Under the pieces are notes generated by a model, which saw only the letters and a list, made by a program, of their open reading frames with translations, was not told the DNA's origin and did no database searches. A stretch of DNA of 64,000 bases, from positions 10,996 to 74,995 of the forward strand of contig JAZQRR010000034.1 of assembly GCA_045629645.1 (NCBI GenBank). Direction: 5' to 3'. The position numbers were made by a program, and so were the translations under genes. Positions 57,535 to 64,000 of this stretch are shown here, piece by piece. Origin of the DNA: Candidatus Enterousia sp. GTDB taxonomy: Bacteria > Pseudomonadota > Alphaproteobacteria > Rs-D84. Every line of letters begins with the position of its first letter. The stretch's first letter is position 1.

Positions 57535-58487
57535 ACACACTCTCCTTTAAACAATTCTAAAACCCGTTCGCGCACTTTATACAAAGAATCACGTACAATT
57601 GCACCTGCTGCACGTTCATGTCCACCGCCACCCAACGCGACCGCCAATCCATCTATTGGTTTTGCCCTGCTACGTATTGATATTCCAATCTGTTCTGCTT
57701 TTTGTTCTTTCAACAAAACGACAAAATCCACACCTTGGATTTGCGCCAACAAATTCAACACTGTTTCACCACGTCCATCCAGATGTTTATAATCCTTTTT
57801 TTCAATTGTTGCCAACGCCAAACGACCGCCATAAAAGAATTCTGCACAGGCTGTTACGCGTGCTTCTAATTGAACCGCCTTGCGTGGTTTGTTATTCATA
57901 ATTTCTATTAAATTTCTGATATTAACACCCGCATCTACCAATTCTGCCATTATTCGCAAGGCATCCCCATTTCGCACGAACTTAAAATTTCCGGTATCAG
58001 TCAATATTGCCAACGCCAACAAATCTGCCGTATTAGTGTTCATTTTTAAATTTTCTTGAACTATCATTTTATAAACAATAACCGCAGTTGCCGCAGCATT
58101 ATCATCATTTAAGCACAAATTTCCAACAAGACTATCATTTTTATGATGATCTATTTCTACAATAAATTTAGCATTATCAAGAATTGCTTTTGGTCCACCG
58201 ATATGCGCAGGATTTCCATAATCCATAACAATTACCAAATCAAAAATCTGGGACATATCCACGCGTTCAAAGTATTTTATATGGCTACGCAATGGCACGC
58301 CATCCAAACAATCTGGAATATTACCATCATAAACACACACTGGGCGCACACCAAAGTTTTCTTGAATAACATTTGCCAACGCCAAAACACTGCACAAAGA
58401 ATCACCATCTGGATTTTTATGTCCCATAATCGCAATTGTTTTTGCATTTTTTACATATTCAAAAAAATCTTTTATTTTATCTTTCAT
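57531..58487 (-). CDS. nrnA: DHH-family phosphoesterase (NrnA-like oligoribonuclease/pAp phosphatase)
   Basis: DHH motifs (IAIMGHKNPDGDSL; DHH at EIDHHKN) and a DHHA1 C-terminal GGGH. Confidence 0.7.
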   Translation of the reverse strand: MKDKIKDFFEYVKNAKTIAIMGHKNPDGDSLCSVLALANVIQENFGVRPVCVYDGNIPDCLDGVPLRSHIKYFERVDMSQIFDLVIVMDYGNPAHIGGPKAILDNAKFIVEIDHHKNDSLVGNLCLNDDNAAATAVIVYKMIVQENLKMNTNTADLLALAILTDTGNFKFVRNGDALRIMAELVDAGVNIRNLIEIMNNKPRKAVQLEARVTACAEFFYGGRLALATIEKKDYKHLDGRGETVLNLLAQIQGVDFVVLLKEQKAEQIGISIRSRAKPIDGLAVALGGGGHERAAGAIVRDSLYKVRERVLELFKGECV

Positions 58488-58495
58488 AACACCTT

Positions 58496-60286
58496 CTATA
58501 TTGCGACGTCTTCTAATACGAACTGAACACTTACACGTCCATTGTATTCATTTTCTTTTAATTTACCCAACATCTTTATTTTAGTATTTGTATTTGCATC
58601 GTCTAGTAAAAAATTACCAACATCTGTTCCAACCAAATTAAACCCAACAAAGGCCAACTGTGCCCCAGAACTGGTTGCGACAACGCCACGCAAATGCGCA
58701 CCACTGCCCATAATAGTTGCATGTCTTAACACCGCGCCTTCCAGAACCAGCATTGGTTCTGGATTACCTTGTCCAAACGGTTCCAACGCAGATAATTGTT
58801 TTACCAATTTCATTGTTGCCCCACCTGCATCCAACACAGCATCAACAACAACCTGTGGTGCTGGCAAATTGCCATTTAATTGTTCTGCAACAGCTTTCTC
58901 TAAAAATTCACAAAAATCATGTTCTTTTTCAACAGCCAACGAGAACCCAGCAGCAGCGGCATGCCCACCACCTTCGCTTATAATTCCTGCCGCCAACGCA
59001 TCGTGAATAATTTTTCCCAAATCCACCCCTGCAATAGAACGTCCAGAACCATTTATCTGCCCATCTGATTTTGTTGCAACACAGGATGGTAAATTAAATT
59101 TATCTTTCAGTCTGCCCGCGATAATCCCCATAACGCCACCATGCCAACTATCGCCGCAAACGAACAAACTGCACTTGCCTGATGCACAACAATTTTCTGC
59201 CATTTCTGTTGCACGTAACATAATTGCATTTTGAATATCAATTCGTTCTTGATTCATTTGATTCAACTTTGCCGCCAAATCTTGTGCAATCAATGGATTA
59301 TCTGTCAACAACAATTCCAGCGCAGGTGCCGCAGAATCCAAACGTCCCGCTGCATTCAAACGCGGTCCCAACGCAAACCCCGCAGCATATACAGACGGCT
59401 TTTTTATACCGGCAACATCCATCAACACACGCAATCCCAGATTCTGACGCAACCCCAAAACCTTTAATCCGGTTGCAACATAAGCCCTGTTCAACCCAAT
59501 CAAAGGCATTGTATCGCAAACAGTCCCCAACGCGACCAAATCCATCAGATTTAATAAATTTATCGTCTGTAATTTTGTTGCGATATCATCTGCGACATGA
59601 CGCGCTTTCAATTCCCTATTTACCGCAACCAGTGTTAAAAAGGCGACACCGACCCCTGCCAAATAATCCAACCCAGACACATCATCGACACGCTTTGGAT
59701 TAACTACCGCGTCTGCTTCTGGCAAACAAGCATCTGGCGAATGATGATCTGTCACCACCACGGTCAAACCAGCGTTTTTTGCATATTTTACTTCTTCTAT
59801 TCCGCTAATACCGCAATCGACAGTAATTAATAAACTCACGTTACTTTTAACGATATCATCAATTGCATCGTTATTCAGTCCATAACCTTCGCCTTCGCGT
59901 GTTGGCAAATGCCAAACAACATCCGCCCCAACAGCACGTAAAAATTTTACAAAGATTGCCGTAGAAGTAATTCCATCGACATCATAGTCGCCATAAATCG
60001 CAATTTTTTCTTGCCTATCAATTGCATCTGCAATTAATTTTGCAGCCTTATCCATATCCATCAAAACCGACGGATCTGGCATATATACCTTGATAGCGGG
60101 ATTTAAAAATTTTTCAATATCTGCATCAGATTCAATACCGCGCGCACTTAAAACACGCTTTAACAAATCATCTGAAACACTTAATTCTTCACACGCCGTC
60201 ACCCATGCCTTGCCCAGCATAGATTTATCTACTAACTTTCTCACGCTTACTTCTCTTTTTTTTATTATCAGAAGTATTATAATCAA
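58496..60286 (-). CDS. recJ: Single-stranded-DNA-specific exonuclease RecJ
   Basis: DHH motifs IAIYGDYDVDGITS...TVDCGI...DHH, plus a DHHA1 and a C-terminal OB domain. Confidence 0.85.
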   Translation of the reverse strand: MIIILLIIKKREVSVRKLVDKSMLGKAWVTACEELSVSDDLLKRVLSARGIESDADIEKFLNPAIKVYMPDPSVLMDMDKAAKLIADAIDRQEKIAIYGDYDVDGITSTAIFVKFLRAVGADVVWHLPTREGEGYGLNNDAIDDIVKSNVSLLITVDCGISGIEEVKYAKNAGLTVVVTDHHSPDACLPEADAVVNPKRVDDVSGLDYLAGVGVAFLTLVAVNRELKARHVADDIATKLQTINLLNLMDLVALGTVCDTMPLIGLNRAYVATGLKVLGLRQNLGLRVLMDVAGIKKPSVYAAGFALGPRLNAAGRLDSAAPALELLLTDNPLIAQDLAAKLNQMNQERIDIQNAIMLRATEMAENCCASGKCSLFVCGDSWHGGVMGIIAGRLKDKFNLPSCVATKSDGQINGSGRSIAGVDLGKIIHDALAAGIISEGGGHAAAAGFSLAVEKEHDFCEFLEKAVAEQLNGNLPAPQVVVDAVLDAGGATMKLVKQLSALEPFGQGNPEPMLVLEGAVLRHATIMGSGAHLRGVVATSSGAQLAFVGFNLVGTDVGNFLLDDANTNTKIKMLGKLKENEYNGRVSVQFVLEDVAI

Positions 60287-60289
60287 AAA

Positions 60290-61927
60290 TTATTCAAATA
60301 GCAACGGCAGGATACTATCTAAAATTTTTCCTGTTGTCGGCACAGCATTCCACGCGGCGGTACGCCATCCCCAAGACTCTTTTGTTCCCTGAGGCTCATC
60401 CAAAATAACCAATATCGTGTATTGCGGTGCATTTGCTGGAAAGACACCTACGAACGCGGTTATATTGCGTTTTTTATCAATTTTTCCATTAACATACTTT
60501 TCAGCAGTTGCTGTCTTACCTGCGATTTCTATACCTGACACACGTGCTTTTTTTCCACTTGTTTCTTCGGCCACTCGCAACATAATTGGGCGTAATTTTG
60601 CAGAAATTTCATCTGCCAAGACACGTTCTCCCTGAACAACACCAACGTTTCTTTTTTTCAACGTCGGATAGATATAAAAACCACCATTTGTAACCGCATT
60701 TACCCCCAACAACAAATGCATAGGTGTTATCGCATAACCGTGTCCAAAAGACACAGTTGCACGCTCTACCGGTCCCCATTTTCTTTGTGGCAAAGAATTT
60801 TCTGTACGTCCAAATTCCAGCGACAAAGCCTTGTCCATATGTAATCTTTCAAAAAATTCCTTTTGTGCACCGTCTGGTAAATCCAACGCAATTTGGGCGC
60901 TGCCCACATTACAAGAATGCAACATAATTTCTTCTACATTGATGCTGGGTCTGGGCGGTTTAAAACTGCGGATATCAGTAATATACTTTGCGACTCGTCC
61001 ATTTTTGTCATATATCGGAAAAGGCTTTTCAACATAATATTCTTTTTTTACATCTATTCCATTTTCCAACGCCAAAGCCGTATTAAAGATTTTAAATATA
61101 GACCCCAATTCATAAATACTGCGCATTGGTTTAAACAACCTATGTGACACAGGATCAGCACGCAAATTTTCTGGGTCGAAATCTGGCAAAGAAACCATCG
61201 CAATAATTTCACCAGTACGCGAATCCATCAGCATCCCCATCGCAGCCAGCGTATTATACTTTTGCATTGCGAAAGACAACTGTTCGTAAAAAACAGATTG
61301 AATTCGCGAATCAACCGACAACTGTAAAGGATCTTTGTTTTCAATCAAATATTTATCATACGCCCTTTCTGCCCCTTCCAGTCCATGTCCATCTGCACCA
61401 ACAAAACCAACCAGATGAGAAAACAAACGACGTTTAGGATATTTTCTGGTCTGAATTTTTTCAATTTCCAATCCTTCCAGACGCGCACTTTTAACAATTT
61501 CACGTTGTTTATCACTGGCATATTTTTTCAATCTGATAAAACGTTTCGGAGAATCTAATAACGCCAACGCTTCTTCCAACGAATATTCATATGGCATAAT
61601 TTGATGTATTGTTTGTGCAACTGCATCCCTGTCTTTTTCACGCACCGCCTTGTTACGCAAGATGATATGTCCAGACTCTACATTTTTGGCCAGAATATCA
61701 CCATTTCTATCAATAATATCTGCACGTTTCACGGCCCATTCTGCATCCACGCTGGCCAAACGGGACCGATTAGTTCCTTGGAACCCCAACTGCAAAGTAC
61801 GTAAAACAAACAATGTAAATATTGCAAAAAACGCAAAATGAACAAAACTCAATCTTTTGCGTGTTGTGCCATCTATACGCGTACCTTTGGCACCATGTTT
61901 AAAAATATCTTTACCAACTTCGAACAT
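60290..61927 (-). CDS. ftsI: Peptidoglycan D,D-transpeptidase (PBP3/FtsI-like)
   Basis: SxxK (GSIFK), SxN and KTG (AGKTATAE) motifs, plus an N-terminal TM anchor and a dimerisation domain. It is directly downstream of ftsL. Confidence 0.8.
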   Translation of the reverse strand: MFEVGKDIFKHGAKGTRIDGTTRKRLSFVHFAFFAIFTLFVLRTLQLGFQGTNRSRLASVDAEWAVKRADIIDRNGDILAKNVESGHIILRNKAVREKDRDAVAQTIHQIMPYEYSLEEALALLDSPKRFIRLKKYASDKQREIVKSARLEGLEIEKIQTRKYPKRRLFSHLVGFVGADGHGLEGAERAYDKYLIENKDPLQLSVDSRIQSVFYEQLSFAMQKYNTLAAMGMLMDSRTGEIIAMVSLPDFDPENLRADPVSHRLFKPMRSIYELGSIFKIFNTALALENGIDVKKEYYVEKPFPIYDKNGRVAKYITDIRSFKPPRPSINVEEIMLHSCNVGSAQIALDLPDGAQKEFFERLHMDKALSLEFGRTENSLPQRKWGPVERATVSFGHGYAITPMHLLLGVNAVTNGGFYIYPTLKKRNVGVVQGERVLADEISAKLRPIMLRVAEETSGKKARVSGIEIAGKTATAEKYVNGKIDKKRNITAFVGVFPANAPQYTILVILDEPQGTKESWGWRTAAWNAVPTTGKILDSILPLLFE

Positions 61928-62220
61928 TATATATTATCCCTGACTGGCAATTTATCTATCTCCACAGATTTTTGAAAGCTTACCACTTCTGACTTTGGCG
62001 CAATTGTTACGACCATATTTCTTAATATTTCTGGTCTGACATAAGATGCAAAACTTGCCTCTGCCATGGCAACCTTTTGTTGTGTTTGAACAATATCACG
62101 GCGCACACGATTTAATTGTCTATCTTGCGTACGATATGAAACCTGCAAAACCACGGACAAGAACAATACAATTCCAAACGCCCATGCACCTATTTGAAAC
62201 ATTTTTTCATCGTCACCCAT
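61927..62220 (-). CDS. ftsL: Cell-division protein FtsL
   Basis: 97 aa, single TM then coiled coil. It is positioned immediately upstream of the PBP gene. Confidence 0.6.
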   Translation of the reverse strand: MGDDEKMFQIGAWAFGIVLFLSVVLQVSYRTQDRQLNRVRRDIVQTQQKVAMAEASFASYVRPEILRNMVVTIAPKSEVVSFQKSVEIDKLPVRDNI

Positions 62221-62247
62221 TACCGCCCCCCAACAGTCATTATTGTA

Positions 62248-62610
62248 TCATAAATTCTTGAAAAAACGAATCATAGAATTAACACCATTTAAACGTCCTG
62301 CCCCCAGATTTAAATTTAATGATGCAAATTCAGATTCCATATCAATTTGTTTTATTTCATCTGGACTTTTTCCATCTACCATTGCGATAAAAACGGCAAC
62401 TATTCCACGCACCAGCGCAGAATCCGCCCTGCCAAAGAAATTATTTCCATAACGACAAATTTCAACAAAAGAAGAACATCCCATAATTTGTGTACACTGT
62501 GCACTTTCTGGTATATCTGCCAAACGCGTTCCTAAATCCATTAAAAATTCCAATCGCATCACAGCATCAGGAACAGACAACAAAGTATCTTTTATATTTT
62601 CATATTGCAT
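62248..62610 (-). CDS. sufE: SufE-like sulfur acceptor protein
   Basis: The conserved GCSSFV active-site Cys region and the SufE fold pattern. Confidence 0.65.
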   Translation of the reverse strand: MQYENIKDTLLSVPDAVMRLEFLMDLGTRLADIPESAQCTQIMGCSSFVEICRYGNNFFGRADSALVRGIVAVFIAMVDGKSPDEIKQIDMESEFASLNLNLGAGRLNGVNSMIRFFKNL

Positions 62611-62612
62611 TG

Positions 62613-62930
62613 TTACCAGCCCTCGTTCGTTAAATCCAGTTCCAAACGCGCAGCATCAGACATACGCGATAAATTCCATGGTGGATCCCAAACCAAATCA
62701 ACACGAACTGTCGCATCATCGCCTGCCACTTGTTGTGCTGCATCATGTACTTGGGTTAATAATTCTTCCATCATAGGACAAGTCGGACTGGTAAAAGTCA
62801 TCTTTATCACAACATCCTTGTCTGAAATCAAGATATCGTAAATCAACCCCATATCCCAAATATTAACAGGTATTTCTGGGTCGTATATTTTTTTTAGCGC
62901 ATTAATAATATCTTCTTTTTGAACCATCAT
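62613..62930 (-). CDS. sufT: DUF59/MIP18-family Fe-S assembly protein (SufT-like)
   Basis: IYDPEIPVNIWDMGLIY...TSPTCP, the DUF59 motif. Confidence 0.7.
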   Translation of the reverse strand: MMVQKEDIINALKKIYDPEIPVNIWDMGLIYDILISDKDVVIKMTFTSPTCPMMEELLTQVHDAAQQVAGDDATVRVDLVWDPPWNLSRMSDAARLELDLTNEGW

Positions 62931-64000
62931 TTTAAAATATCTTTGATGTACGATATCACAGTTTTAACTTCTTGCAAGCTATTATAACCACCAACAGAAA
63001 TACGAATCGAACCTGCGATATTCAAGCGCTGATGAATCCAAGACGCACACATATTACCAACACGCACACACACATCACGCGCCCCCAACAACGCCCCAAA
63101 ATCCAACGGATGAAAACCATCAACAACAAAACTTAACATTACCGATTCGCGCGACGAGATTATTTTTATCTGTTCAACACTTGATAATTCATCATACATA
63201 TATTTTATCAAACCATTATCAGGTCTATTTTGTTTCAAATTTTCAATCGCCGGCACCAACCCTGCAATCTGTGTTAACGGCAAAGTCCCCGCCTCGAAAA
63301 CATCTGGCGCGGCATTAAAGAAAACTTCATCTCCTATAACTTTATTCACCATTCCGCCACCAACAAATACCGGTTTATACACATCTGGATTCTTAATATA
63401 CATTATTCCCAATCCAGTATCTGCACCAATTTTATGCGCAGAAAAACACATAAAATCACAATTCCATTTTTCAACATCAATATCTTCATGCACGACAAAT
63501 TGCGCGGCATCCACCACCGTAATAACGTTTGGATTTTTATCCTGCGCACATTGCACAATACGCGCAACATCCTGTACACGCCCCAACACATTAGACATTG
63601 CAGTAATAACAAGAACATCTGCCACAGGGATATTGTTATAATCAATATCCATATTATCATCTAAATCACAAACTGTTATCTTCGCGCCTGTTTTTACAAA
63701 TGGCAATCTGGCACTATGATGATCCAAATCAGAAACACAAACAACACTATTTTCATCCAGATTTAACATCATTGCAATCATATTCATCGCAGCGGTTGTT
63801 CCAGATGTAAAAACAATATTCTTTTCATTTGTTCCAACAAAGTCCGCAACGCAACGTCGTGTTGTTTGCAGCATATTATCAACCCCTGTGGCACGCGCAC
63901 AAATTCCGCGTCCAGCGTTGGCATATTTATTCTGTAAAAAATCCATCTGAGCGCTTATTACCCCGTCTGATTTTTGATAACTTGCAGCCGCATCTAAGTA
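62927..64000 (-). CDS. sufS: Cysteine desulfurase SufS (class V aminotransferase); N-terminus lies beyond the window end
   Basis: The ORF is open to position 64000. Upstream in-frame translation gives YLDAAASYQKSDGVI. PLP-binding region HKIGADTGLGIMY and active-site Cys region RVGNMCAS. Confidence 0.8.
   Translation of the reverse strand, partial: YLDAAASYQKSDGVISAQMDFLQNKYANAGRGICARATGVDNMLQTTRRCVADFVGTNEKNIVFTSGTTAAMNMIAMMLNLDENSVVCVSDLDHHSARLPFVKTGAKITVCDLDDNMDIDYNNIPVADVLVITAMSNVLGRVQDVARIVQCAQDKNPNVITVVDAAQFVVHEDIDVEKWNCDFMCFSAHKIGADTGLGIMYIKNPDVYKPVFVGGGMVNKVIGDEVFFNAAPDVFEAGTLPLTQIAGLVPAIENLKQNRPDNGLIKYMYDELSSVEQIKIISSRESVMLSFVVDGFHPLDFGALLGARDVCVRVGNMCASWIHQRLNIAGSIRISVGGYNSLQEVKTVISYIKDILK

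Noticed and set aside
1-64000. Looked for CRISPR arrays, transposases, integrases, IS inverted repeats and rRNA genes.
   Set aside because: The only regularly spaced direct repeats are the ~97-bp palindromic elements, which have no unique spacers. No cas genes and no transposase or integrase-like ORFs are present. There is no 16S/23S-like sequence.

Overview
This is an AT-rich, gene-dense chromosomal segment with a bacterial core-genome backbone. Recognisable genes are lepA (partial), rbfA, pal, ftsEX, plsC, tolB, fba, efp, ppa, dnaN, an AsmA-family gene, rluC, uvrC, pgsA, dnaJ, a parE/gyrB-type topoisomerase subunit, dnaA, dprA, plsY, rpsT, sufBC, ruvX, gatCAB, miaB, tatBC, lolA, nrnA, recJ, ftsI/ftsL, sufE/sufT/sufS (partial), and two tRNAs (Phe-GAA, Lys-CUU). 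All are read under the standard genetic code. The composition and the alphaproteobacterial-style Tol-Pal and FtsL proteins suggest a host-associated alphaproteobacterium, possibly Rickettsiales/Holosporales-like. That is inference only.

Several lineage-specific insertions sit between the housekeeping genes:
- (i) A tandem array of four paralogous secreted Ala/Thr-rich coiled-coil proteins (2.1-5.9 kb), resembling tail fibres or adhesins.
- (ii) Two adjacent large cysteine-rich secreted proteins (28.0-32.3 kb) beside dnaA.
- (iii) An isolated pair of outer-membrane genes at 37.4-40.0 kb: a lipoprotein secretin plus a putative TcpQ/PilL-like protein. This looks like a type IVb-pilus or T4SS-like module. 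A prepilin-like gene (21.2 kb) and a VirB2/TrbC-like small gene (13.6 kb) lie elsewhere in the window.
- (iv) A tandemly repeated ~97-bp palindromic intergenic element at two loci (15.45 kb and 37.2 kb). In both places it abuts the 3' end of the downstream minus-strand gene.
- (v) An orphan BrnA-like RHH antitoxin gene with its own promoter/operator, followed by an uncharacterised 317-aa protein.
- (vi) Signs of gene decay or recoding: an in-frame TGA exactly at the conserved first Cys codon of miaB, and an ABC-exporter C-terminal remnant fused in frame to a thermonuclease gene.
- (vii) A gatCAB cluster interrupted by a Cys-rich hypothetical gene and an antisense tRNA-Phe.

No CRISPR array, transposase or integrase was seen. 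Stereotyped G/C-stem hairpins flanked by A-runs and T-runs (bidirectional terminators) close most transcription units.
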